From the NCBI RefSeq assembly GCF_963921235.1, contig NC_086097.1, positions 80,230,001 to 80,294,000 on the forward strand: a stretch of DNA of 64,000 nucleotides, in the 5' to 3' direction. This stretch comes from Mobula hypostoma. Lineage: Eukaryota. A model generated the notes under the pieces. The model ran no database searches. It was given only the letters and a program-made list of their open reading frames with translations, and had not been told where the DNA came from. Below, piece by piece: positions 51,715-62,402 of this stretch (positions within the stretch are counted from its first letter, which is position 1; every line of letters starts with the position of its first letter). Both the position numbers and the translations under genes were made by a program.

Positions 51715-52424
51715 TAATCCATGCTTGTTCAAGGAATGAGCCGATGTCTGGTTGATATAAGCGGCAGGCCAGATTAAGAAGGTGGGGCCTCCAACTCGCT
51801 GTTCTGTGAGGTTTAATCATCTCCGTGCTGCACTGAAGCTGTGGCCTGCAACTAATGGGCTCCTGGACCAGCTGCGGTGATGAACTGGATCCATGGCTGC
51901 GGACTTACTTTCATGGACTTTAGTTCTGATTGTTCAGGTCACTGTTCCATGACATTTACTCAAGCTCTGCACTGAACTATAGGGCTCTCTTTGCAGACTT
52001 CAGAACAGAAACGCTGTTTGCTAGCGGTTACTGTTTGCATGATGTTCTTTTTTCATTGCACATTGGGTGGTCAACAGGCTTCTTTTTTATGGGTTATTTA
52101 GTTTTTTATGGTTTTACTGTGGTTTTATGGGTATGATGTGTTTTTTATTCTCTGCATGTTGGGTGTTAGACAGTCTTCTATCTATAGTTTTTTTTTGGGC
52201 TTCTTTGCTTCGTGGCTGCCTGTTAGGAGACAAATCTCAAGGTTGTATAATGTGCACATACTTCAATAAGAATATACTTTGAACTTATTTGTTTACTTTT
52301 TATTATTTGCATGACTTATTCTTTTTTGAACATTGAGTGTTTGACAGTCTCTTTTAAATAGGTTCTATTTGGGCTTTTTTGTTTTATGGCTACTTGTAAG
52401 AAGAAGAATCTCAAGATTGTACAT
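51715..52424 (+). repeat. Composite repeat with Rex-type tails
   Basis: Two AATCTCAAG(G/A)TTGTA tail motifs; the second is completed at 54122-54170. Confidence 0.5.
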
Positions 52425-54121
52425 CATCACGGTGAGTGCTGGCGATGACTGACCCAGGTGCGGAGGAATGGAGACTCCCATGTAGAGACGGAAACAAGAG
52501 GTTACACATAGGAATTCCATCAGAACATCGTTGGCACGATTGAGCGACTCCACAAGACAAATCATTCTCCACACGAGGACCCCACGATGAGCCTTAAATG
52601 GGAATCCATTTGAAATAATCATAGTTGGTGGTGTTGTAGATAGTGTAGAGGATTGTCAAAGATTGCAGAGAGACATTGATAGGATGCAGAAGTGGGCTGA
52701 GAAGTGGCAGATGGAGTTCAACCTGGAGAAGTGTGAGGTGGTACACTTTGGAAGGACAAACTCCAAGGCAGAGTACAAAGTAAATGGCAGGATACTTGGT
52801 AGTGTGGAGGAGCAGAGGGATCTCGGGGTACATGTCCACAGATCCCTGAAAGTTGCCTCACAGGTGGATAGGGTAGTTAAGAAAGCTTATGGGGTGTTAG
52901 CTTTCATAAGTCGAGGGATAGAGTTTAAGAGTCGCGATGTAATGATGCAGCTCTATAAAACTCTGGTTAGGCCACACTTAGAGTATTGTGTCCAGTTCTG
53001 GTCACCTCACTATAGGAAGGATGTGGAAGCATTGGAAAGGGTACAGAGGAGATATACCAGGATGCTGCCTGGTTTAGAAAGTATGCATTATGATCAGAGA
53101 TTAAGGGAGCTAGAGCTTTACTCTTTGGAGAAAAGGAGGATGAGAGGAGACATGATAGAGGTGTACAAGATAATAAGAGGAATAGATAGAGTGGATAGCC
53201 AGCGCCTCTTCCCCAGGGCACCACTGCTCAATACAAGAGGACATGGCTTTAAGGTAAGGGGTGGGAAGTTCAAGGGGGATATTAGAGGAAGGTTTTTTAC
53301 TCAGAGAGCGGTTAGTGCTTAGAATGCACTGCCTGAGTCAGTGGTGGAGGCAGATACACTAGTGAATTTTAAGAGACTACTAGACAGGTATATGGAGGAA
53401 TCTAAGGTGGGGGCTTATATGGGAGGCAGGGTTTGAGGGTCAGCACAACATTGTGGGCCGAAGGGCCTGTACTGTGCTGTACTCTTCTATGTTCTATGTT
53501 CTATACATAAAACCCATGCTAGTCACAATTAACTTAACAAGATAAAATAGAAAGCACAATGACATAATGACTCTAGTTAAGACAACAATTAGTAAACGTA
53601 TGTGCTTGAGAAGCCTAGAAGTCCAACACTCTACAGCTTGCTGCAGTGGTCATGGCAGTGCCTCTGTCCCTGAGCCTGGGACCTGACAGCCCAGAAAGCC
53701 TTCGGGAACTTGAGACAAGGCTGGGAAATTCAATACAGACCTGATGTTTTCAAGACAGGGCTGGAAAATTTGAAACATTGCATATAACTCAGAAACATTG
53801 AGTATCCTGGGAAACCGAATGCTTCTTGTTGACCCAAAGAACCCTGAAAAAAATCTTGAACATACACTGGAGAAGCTCGGAACATACACTTGGAATTTAC
53901 ACTCAGAACATAAACTTGATACGCTCGGAACATAGACTTGGGACACTTGGGACATGAACTGAGTAAAGAAGGCATCTTAGCCTCTAGCCAACAAGATTAA
54001 CCAGAAAGCACAAGGGCTGAACGACTTTAGTTAAGACACAAATTAGTAAACACAGGTGTTTGAGAAAACTAGAAGCTCGATGCTCTACGCCTCACTGCAG
54101 AAGTCTACAGGGCTCATGGCA
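52425..54121 (-). mobile_element. Second copy of the non-autonomous LTR family (3' LTR split by a CR1)
   Basis: Direct repeats 53506-53659 and 53990-54121; 52425-52620 is homologous to the LTR end at 25180-25307; interior of GAACATA(C/G)ACTTG repeats. Confidence 0.7.
52624..53505 (+). mobile_element. Young CR1 3' fragment
   Basis: 219-aa open frame WAEKWQMEFN..LVRPHLEYCVQFWSPH; (TTCTATG)n tail; CATA flanks. Confidence 0.95.
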
Positions 54122-54214
54122 GTATACTGTAGAGGGCACATACTTTGATAATAAATATACTTTGAGCTTTGACACTCTTCATGTGGGAAGGTGGAATCCT
54201 TCAACATGGGTAGA

Positions 54215-55150
54215 CACCTGCAACCCTGCAACCAGCACGTAAGTGCCACTACAAAGAAGGCACAGCAGAGCCTCGATTTTCTAAGAAGTTTGTGCAGGTT
54301 CAGTGTGCCATCTAAAACTTTGACAAGCTTCTATAGATGCACAGTGGAGAGTGTCCTGACTGGTTGTATCATGGCCTGCTATAGAAACACCGAAGCCGAG
54401 GAAAGGAAAAGCCTGCAATAAGCAGTGGATGCAGCCCAGTCCATCACAGGAAAAGTCCTCCCCACCACTGAGCACATCTACAAGGAATGCTGTCACAGGA
54501 AAGCAGCAGGCATCAACAAGGAATCCCACCATCCAGGCCATGCTCTCTTCTCACTGCTGCCATCAAGGAGTTACTGGAGCCACCATCGATGCTGAACTAA
54601 TTCCACCTATGGACTCACATTCAAGAACTCTACAACTCATATTCTCAGTATTATCTATAGTATTTACTTACATATTAGTACTGCAACGCGCCCATACAAA
54701 AAGATCTTTAATGAGAACATTAAATGAAAGGAAACTTAAATTCCTGGGCTATGTCATCAGAAAGGGAGAAATAGATTGCCTTACATTACAAGGCCGTATG
54801 CCTGGGAAACGCGGAAGAGGAAGGCAAAGAAGAAAATATATGGACACTGTGAAAGAACTAACAGATCTAAGTGTGTGAGATATCATTGACGCTGCGTAGG
54901 ATTGTTCGATGTGGAAAGCCATGATCGCCCAAACATGTAACACGCAAGGCACATGAAGAAGACTTACATATTTACTTATTTTTATTTGCATTTTGTCTTC
55001 TTTTGTATGTTTGTTATTTGTTCGACTTTGTGTGTAGTCCTCTAATGATTCTGCTGTACTTCTTTGTTCTCCTATCAGTGCCCACAAGCAAATGAATCTC
55101 AGGGTGATACATACATACTTTGATAATAAATTTGCTTTGAACTTTGAACT
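54215..55150 (+). mobile_element. Rex1 3' fragment
   Basis: KKAQQSLDFLRSL..FYRCTVESVLTGCI; Rex tail at about 55090-55150. Confidence 0.85.
54677..54961 (+). mobile_element. RTE 3' fragment (second family)
   Basis: RKLKFLGYVIRK..GKRGRGRQRRKYMD; GAAGAAG tail; TSD ACTTACATATT at 54666-54676 and 54962-54972. Confidence 0.9.
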
Positions 55151-55424
55151 TCCTTCAAAGTCTTTGCAAGTAACTGCAAAACTCAGAACAAACAATTAAT
55201 TCCCACTGTGGAAAACTTCAACACATTTTTCAAAGAATAAGGAAAGGAAAGATTGCATGGCGGCCCTGACACGTTAGCATACTCACACAGCTGCTTAAAG
55301 ACACCGCCCTCCTGCAAGTTCACTTCACCAAGCTGTGAAATATTTCAATCAGTCACCTTTTCTGTTGAACCGTAGGATTAATCCACTCTTCCGATACAGA
55401 TTTAACAAACTAACGTAGACATTG

Positions 55425-55475
55425 TGTGCACGCGCACACACACACAGACACAGACACAGACACACTCTCTCTCAC
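55425..55475. repeat. (CA)n/(CACAGA)n/(CT)n microsatellite
   Basis: Visible directly in the sequence. Confidence 0.9.
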
Positions 55476-55690
55476 TCAAGTGCAGGGCAAACGATCCCCT
55501 CCCTTTGGGGGTGGGTGGTACGGGAAGGCCCCACCCACCACCCCAACCCTGCTGCTGCTGGAGGTCTTCCAATGCCTTTTGGAGGGACTCCAGCAAGGGA
55601 TATAGGTTACCCTGATGAGGAATCCTGCGAGGGATCAAATGTACCCTAATCTGTGGAGAGCTTAGAGGATGAACCTCCTCCCTTAACAGT

Positions 55691-55768
55691 TCCCTTCAGA
55701 ACAGTGTTTGCCCATCTCTTTGGACCAACTGACCCATGTTCAACTGCTGTTCACATGGAAGCCTTTCC
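55691..55768 (-). rRNA. 28S rRNA-derived fragment (about 78 nt, non-functional)
   Basis: Minus strand GGAAAGGCTTCCATGTGAACAGCAGTTGAACATGGGTCAGTTGGTCCAAAGAGATGGGCAAACACTGTTCTGAAGGGA matches the conserved LSU segment ..GGGTTCCATGTGAACAGCAGTTGAACATGGGTCAGTCGGTCC... Confidence 0.9.
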
Positions 55769-55871
55769 AGCAACCGAATGGCTGCGTTTATGGTACCCCC
55801 GAATGCCAGTCTCATTAACGACAGCACCATCCTTTCAAGTGGGGAGCTGCTTTCATTACTAAATACCCTAC

Positions 55872-57388
55872 TATAGAGTCACAGTGAACTACAGCACAAA
55901 AGCAGTCCCTTTGGCTAATCTAGTCTGTGCCAAACCATTTAAACTGCCTACTCACATTGACCTGCACCTGAACCATTTCCCTCCATACCTTTCCCATTCA
56001 TGCACCTATCCAAACTTCCCTTAAACCTTAAAATTGAAATTGCATCCACCACTTGCACTGGCAGCTAATTCCACACTCTCACCACCTTTCACCCATAACC
56101 CATGACCTTAAACCTTGGTTGTAGTGTCACCCATCCTCAGTGGAGAAAGCTTGACTGCATTTACCTGATCTATACCCCTCATAATTTTGTATATTTCTAT
56201 CAAATCTCCCTTAAATCTTCTACATTCTAGGAAATAAATTTCAAACCTATTCAATCTTTCCTTTTAGCTCAGGTCCTCCAGTCCCGACAACATCCTTGTA
56301 AATTTTATCTGTACTCTTTCAGCTATTTTACATCTTTTCTGTAAGTAGATGATCAAAACTGCACACAATACTCCAAATTAGGCCTCACCAACATCTTATA
56401 CAACTTCAACATAACATCCCATCTCCTGCACTCAACACATTGATTTATGAAGGCCTACGTGCCAAAAGCTTTCTTTACGACACTGTCTACCTGTGACAGC
56501 ACTTTTAGTGAATTATGGACCTGTATTCCCAAATCCCTTTGTTCTACTGTACTTGCCAGTGTCCTTCCGCTCACTGTGTAAGATCTTACTTGGTTGGTGT
56601 TCCCAAAGTGCAACCCTTCACATTTGTCTGCATTAAATTTCCTCTGCCATTCTTCAGCTCATTTTTCCAACTGGCCCAGATGCCTCTGGAAGCTTTGATT
56701 GTCTTCCCCATTGTCCACTGTACCCACAATCTTGGTGTCACCTGCACATTTGCTGGTCTAGTTAACACATAATCATTCAGATTATTGATATAGATGACAA
56801 ACAACAACAGACTTAGCACTCAACTCAGTGGCACTCTACCAGTCACAGGCCTCCAGTCAAGAGTGACAGCCATCTACCACCACTTTCTGGCTTCTCCCAC
56901 AAAGCCAATATCTAATCCAATTTACTACCTCATCTTGAATGCCAAGTGACTGAACCTTTTGACCTAACTCCCATGTGGGACCTTGTCAAATGCCTTGCTG
57001 AAGTCCAGGTAGCCAACATCCACTGCCTTGCCTTCATCAGCTTTCCTGGTAACTTCCTCGAAAAACTCTCTATGATTGGTTAGACACCACCTACCACGCA
57101 CAAAGCCATGCTGAGTATCACTAATTAGTCCCCTGAGTATCCAAATATCCATATGTCCGGTAACTTAGAATATCTTCTAATAACTTTCCCACCAGCCTTT
57201 AATTTCCAGGTTTGTTCTTAGTGCCTTTCTTAAACAGCAGAACAACTTTAGGTATCCTCCAATCTTCTGGTACCCAACCTGTTGCTAAGGATGATTTAAA
57301 TATCTCTGCTAGCACCCCTGCAATTTCTACACTTGCCTCCCACAGGGTCCGAGGGAAGGCCCTGTCAGGCCCTGGGGATTTGTCCACC
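55872..57388 (-). mobile_element. CR1 5'-truncated insertion in the ERV gag
   Basis: VDKSPGPD..VPEDWR, QHGFVRGR..LDFSKAFDKVPH; 3' tail at about 55872. Confidence 0.9.
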
Positions 57389-58533
57389 AAGGCTGGAGTT
57401 AGTTTGGAATCCTCTGGCAGGCTATCAATATCACTGTTAAAACCTGTAATTAGAGCCCACTAGCGAGGGGCTCTCATCCCTTCCTCTACTGTGCTCCACT
57501 CAGCCCAGGACTTTAAATCCCACTCAAGGAGAGAAGGTACCTGACATTGACCACCGCTGTCATCCGATCCCATAAGGATTTATTACCCTCATGGGGAGCG
57601 AGCAGTATCAAAGTGTTATTGACCACGTGTTGGGACAATAGCTGCCCCCTACTAGATAGGCTTATTCCGGTGCCTCCCTCTTCCCATATCCTCAACAACC
57701 CATGTGGCCAGAGGCTTTCCTGGCTTCTGCCTGCAGCTATCCTGCAATCCCACCAGTTCCTTGGCAGAGAACTCTCATGGTGTCTGTCATCTCAGAAGGG
57801 CCTATTGTACTACTCCCTCCACATTCCTCCTCAGCCTCCTCCTGTCCTGTGAGGGTCAGAGGGTCCAATGGCCAAAGCCCCCATGCTGGATATGGGACTA
57901 ATGGCTCGTACTGTCTTGGGTGCGTCAGTGGGAGGACGATCATTGCAAGGATCACAGGATTCTGCTTTACTCACGCTCCCCCATCACCATCCAGCCAGCT
58001 GGCCCTATCTCCCATCCACACGTTGGGATCATCCTCCCACAGCATCAGGGCTGGGACCTTAATGGGATCCGGTTGCCAATTAGCCCATCGGGCAACCTCT
58101 AATTGCTGCACCTTCACTAGCCGACAGGCTATCTCTGTACCATTGTCTTCTAGCTCTTTGGCCTGGGTATATGCCAGTCAGGCTCTTCCCCCATGGTGCA
58201 GCACCTCCACCTCATTTTAGAGTTGCTCTCTCCTGCTCACTCTGTGCGATCATCTTGTGCTGGTGCTTTACGATGGCTGCCAGCAGCCCTTTGGCTCGTA
58301 TTCTTGTCTGGGAACCATACCTTGTTTAAGATGGATACAATGGTGTGTCTGATTCCCAATGAGCCAGATTGTCTGACCAATCCACTGGTATGCCATGTTC
58401 TGCCAGTAGACTGGTGAGACTGCTGAATCCAGCACTGATGGCGCTCCACCCTGGGACTCAGCCTCCTCCCACGAGCGGTTCTCTTGCTTGTTCTTCTTAT
58501 CCTTGAGCTCTTTAAACTCCTGTTACACCCACT

Positions 58534-58553
58534 GAATCCCGCCGACTACACCG
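58534..58553 (-). promoter_or_regulatory. tRNA-Ser primer binding site of the ERV
   Basis: CGGTGTAGTCGGCGGGATTC, 2 nt after the 5' LTR; 17/20 match to the tRNA-Ser complement TGGCGTAGTCGGCAGGATTC. Confidence 0.85.
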
Positions 58554-58555
58554 TG

Positions 58556-59092
58556 TGTTATGGAAAAGCAGATTCCATAAATAGGACAGAAGATACTGAT
58601 TGTGAATAACCGTTACCTATTTACTTACAAACAAGCAGTGAAACACTCAGACAAAGATTTATGTCAAATAAGTTCTCACCTAAGCCCCTAAGTTACAAAA
58701 CTATGATGTTAAGTATTCAATAACATTTCTAACTTAAATATGTACTTTGTTAAGTCCATCCAACTTACACAACTGCAACGCTAAACATTCAACAAACATA
58801 ATACTTATCTCCAAGTGTTTACACGGACCTTCCTATCCATAGCACAGTTTCTCAATGTTTCTTCAGTCTTGGTCATGCCCCAGTCTGAAGACAGCCCCTA
58901 AGGAAAAAGAGACAGAATGTCCCACCCACACTATTCTTATAGCCCTGGGGGTGCCCAAAACCAGAAGCAGGAGCCATGGCATGAAAATCAGCCAATGGGA
59001 GAGGGTTGTCTCACCCTTTGCATGGGTCAATTAGTGACCAGCATGGTGGAAACAGCTTTTGACCAGCAGGTAAGTTAACCCTTCATGTTACA
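58556..59092 (-). repeat. ERV 5' LTR
   Basis: TGTAACA...TAACA on the minus strand; homologous to the 3' LTR; internal duplication of about 65 bp. Confidence 0.85.
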
Positions 59093-59659
59093 CCTTATTA
59101 TACAAACAATGCGAAAGCTTTAGAGGGTATACAGAGGAGATTTACCATGATGCTCCCTGGATTAGAAAGTATGTCTTATGAGAATAGGTTGAGCAAACTT
59201 GGCTTTTTCCTTTTGGAGCCAAGGTAAAACATAAATCGATTGATAGGGGTGTACAAGATGATAGGAGGCATAGATAGAATGGATAGCTAGTGACCTTTTT
59301 CCCCAGGGTAGAAAATGACTATTACAAAGGAGCATAACGTTAAGGTCACTGGGGCAAGTACAGGGGGATGGTGTCAGAAGTAGGTTTTTGTTAAAAAACA
59401 CAGAGTGGTAGGTGCGTGGAACACACTGCCAGGGATGGTGGTAGATATAGCTACATCAAGGACATTTAAGAGACCCTTACATTGGCACATGGATGAATGA
59501 AAAATGGAGGGATATATGGGAGAGAAGGGTAGATTGACCTTTGAGTAGGCTAAAGGGTCACAATTTTGTGGGGAAAGGCCCTGTACAGTTTTGTACTGCT
59601 CTCTGTTCTGTTATCATGGGGTTTGTCTATTTTGATCTTTCCCCTGGCTTGGGTATTGA

Positions 59660-59930
59660 AAACCAGGGGAAAACCAAAAATAAAGAATTGGCCATTTAGG
59701 ACAGAGGTGGTGGTAATCCTTTAGAATTTTCTACCCAAGTGGATGTGGAGACCCGGGCACTAAGTATATTCAAGTCAGAGATTGAGAGATTTATGGATAT
59801 CTAGGAGATCAATGGCTACTGTGTTTAAAATGGGAAAGTAGTGCTTTGGCAAACAATTTTATTATGATCTTATTTATTGGCAGAGTAGGCACAAGGGCTG
59901 AATGATCAATCCCATTTCTTTTGTAAAAAT
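59660..59930 (+). repeat. Old CR1 3' fragment
   Basis: GGCCATTTAGGACAGAGGTG..TATATTCAAGTCAGAGATTGAGAGATT..GGGCTGAATG. Confidence 0.6.
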
Positions 59931-61059
59931 GTCTTTCCTTTAAACACATGGCCCCAATGTCATAAGCTGCTTGTCCACAATGAAACTCGTACAGTAACAA
60001 GGCAGTCAAACTACTGATGTGGTGAATACAGTGCAAGGTTACTCCACAACTGAGTAAACCATGTGGTAGACATTGATTTTTTTTTGTCTCAGAAAATGCT
60101 ACTTAGTTGAAAGTATACTGCCTTCACTAAAGGACGCTCTTGGTCACACTACCTCTGTTATTTGCTTCAGCAAGCAGCAGCACAAAACAGATCTGTTAGA
60201 TCTGCCAATGTACAGTGATTGTATTGGTGTTGATCTTGGGGTTTTGCCACCCAAGGGAAGAGCAGGACAGTGATCCAGGGTGAAGAAAATAGATGAGCCT
60301 TATTTTTTTTACCCAATAAAACCAGAAAGGATAACAGAAGCTGAAAGTGACGTATATGTCAGTGAACTTCAGAACTATGAGTGGACTCAACCATTCACCC
60401 ATGGAAGGTAGATGTGTTCCAGTGTGTGCACGAAGTCATGGAGGGCACCAAACAGAGAACCGCAATGGTGATTGAGAAGATGAAAGTGTCATGGTTGCTG
60501 GGAGCACACTCAGAGCTGCAGTCATTGTTGAGTTAGGATAGGATGGGCTGCAGTATGGTGATATGAGGCAGTTTTAATCAAGCCAAGACACTCAGGTGTA
60601 AGAGGGACATGAGGCCACAGAGAAGATCAGTTTTTACCTTTGTCACAAATCACATGATTGCTGCAAGCGGGTGAGTGGGGAAACAGCAGATAATGTGAGT
60701 GCTAAAGGCAGAAGAGTTACAGGGCATATGGGTACAAAAGGTGAGGGGTCAATACATAGGCCACATTGCCTCAGTAGAATATGGGTGTGGTCTATACACT
60801 GGGATGTAAGTCACCAAAGAAAGGAAACAAAAGTAAAAGTTTCCATTTGCTTTGGGGTCTAGAGAGCAAGGGTAAGGAACAGCAACCCTCCCAGATATGC
60901 ACTGAATTCATTTAAAGAGAAGATGGCAATGGGAAGGACAAACTGTCCATTGTAATGGAAGAAATTCAATAACTAATGGGCATGCAATAACGTTTCACAA
61001 ACCAGAGCAGGATGATTTCTTATTTTCTCATGGCACAGGAGCCCTTCTATCCATTGAGT

Positions 61060-61345
61060 CTATGGCATCTGTCAGTGCATCTTCATCAGTCCGTACACCC
61101 ATCTCCCTACAATCTACTCATTATCACACAATCTATTCTACCAGTCAGCTCTACCAGTTCTCCTGCTACACGTTTACACAATTAAACTACATGCATATCT
61201 GCGGGGTGGTGAAAGAAGCTAGATCACCCAGGAAACCCAACAAGAACAGAGTGAACATGAAAACTCTGCACAGACACCACCCAAGGTCAAGATTGAACCT
61301 GGGCCTTGTGAACTGTGGAGCAGTGGTACAACTCTTCGGTGCCGC
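61060..61345 (-). mobile_element. Degenerate V/HE1-type SINE
   Basis: GGAAACCC..GAACATG.AAACTC..CAGAC..GATTGAACCTGGG is the reverse complement of the V-domain plus B box. Confidence 0.6.
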
Positions 61346-62267
61346 TCATGGTAAACGCTCAATAATCCGAGTGATGCTGAGTGCTGGATGGACACGTGGG
61401 AAAATCCGCAGCTTCTCCAACATCATAAACTGATCCATTTAATGACAAACAGGAAAAAGTCTGCCGAAGCTGGGAATCCAAAGCAACTCACTGTTCGAGT
61501 TCCTCCAGCATCTTGTGTCCGTTTAATAACAACTCCAGAAAACAGCATCTCTGACTGGCAGCATTCCTTCAGTATTGCAGTGGAATATCTGTTTACAGTT
61601 CGTGCACGTTTCTCAGGGAACCCAAACAATCACTCTTTGGCTCAGAGAGGAAGTGCCATCAGCAAGTCAATACTGGCTTCTGGCATTCCCTGCTACTGCT
61701 AAGTATCTTTATCTATTTCAAATCAGTACACGTTATGTATATTCTTGCCTTGAACTTTAGCTTTAAAAATTGACAAGGTATATAAATGCAAATAGAATAT
61801 ATTTCTAAAGGAATGCATTATAGCTTTATAGTTCATTACAGTTTAAAATCCTTTTACAATCCTTTGTAGCTTTTGCAAAATAATGGATAAAGTTCTAGAA
61901 TTTAAAATTGGTGGCAATCACATCAAAGAATGTGATTATTTACTCACCATATTTCAGTATCTCTGCTGTTTTTACTCATGTGGTCATGGATATTTTTATT
62001 GCTGTTATACATCCAACTCACTCTGAGAAATTCCACAGGAGCTCTGATGGTACTGTATAAGCAGATGTTTTAGGTAACAGACAATCTGCCGTTTCCAAGA
62101 CATCTGGGTCACACTTACGTAAAATAGTTTTTCTCCTGTGCTTATAACATTGTGTGTTGTTTTCAAATTGATTATTTCACTGAGTCTGAATTGAAACCTA
62201 AAATAGGCTACCATGTTATTTCCCCCCAACTCAGTGAAGGCTAAAAACAAGAGTAACGTTGATGAAA

Positions 62268-62402
62268 GCAACACACATAAAAATTGCTCGGCCCGAATCT
62301 TCGACTGTACCTCTTCCTATAGATGCTGCCTGGCCTGCTGCGTTCACCAGCAATTTTTATGTGTGTTGCTTGAAATTCCAGCATCTGTAGATTTCCTCGT
62401 GT
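62268..62402 (+). mobile_element. Short Penelope tail insertion with an inverted 5' piece
   Basis: 62268-62288 is the reverse complement of 62349-62369; TSD TAA(C/T)GTTGATGAAA at 62254-62267 and 62403-62416. Confidence 0.8.

Larger units (their letters stand above)
55480..58500 (-). pseudogene. gag: ERV gag (class III type) and start of pro; split by a CR1 (55872-57388) and a 28S fragment
   Basis: IKVPALMLWEDDPNVWMGD; FSAKELVGLQDSCRQKPG..WLLRIWEEGG; WSTVEEGMR..LPEDSKLTPALV joined to GYLVMKAAPHLKG.VLSL; LYPLLESL; GGDRLPC. Confidence 0.82.
49579..59092 (-). mobile_element. Endogenous retrovirus, class III (ERV-S/L-like) gag/pol with gamma-type env; defective
   Basis: Homologous LTRs at 58556-59092 and 49579-50041; TSD CCTCA/CCTTA; PBS-Ser; PPT; gag, IN and env motifs (see sub-features). 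Confidence 0.88.
45680..59612 (+). mobile_element. Near full-length degenerate CR1 (45680-49578 and 59093-59612); host of the ERV
   Basis: ORF1 with Cys/Leu-zipper (CSPC..LLLTDCVRELELQLDDL) and SGNH esterase (VHIATNDTGRKR); ORF2 NYDIVAIMETW..GNYRPVN..DFCKAFDKLPH; the sequence is continuous across the ERV insertion. Confidence 0.85.

Noticed and set aside
53850..53960. CRISPR-like repeats (GAACATA.ACTTG units)
   Set aside because: The context is eukaryotic, the units are irregular and degenerate without unique spacers, and they lie inside an LTR element.
55691..55768. Functional rRNA gene
   Set aside because: It is only about 78 nt, mutated, and embedded in gag.
57702..58220. Plus-strand 172-aa ORF (also 50400-50888)
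   Set aside because: These are antisense shadows of the minus-strand ERV gag and env.
62005..62274. Minus-strand exon/ORF (RLSEIINLKTTHNV...) with a GTAAGT donor
   Set aside because: No recognisable protein similarity and a weak acceptor; I cannot support it.
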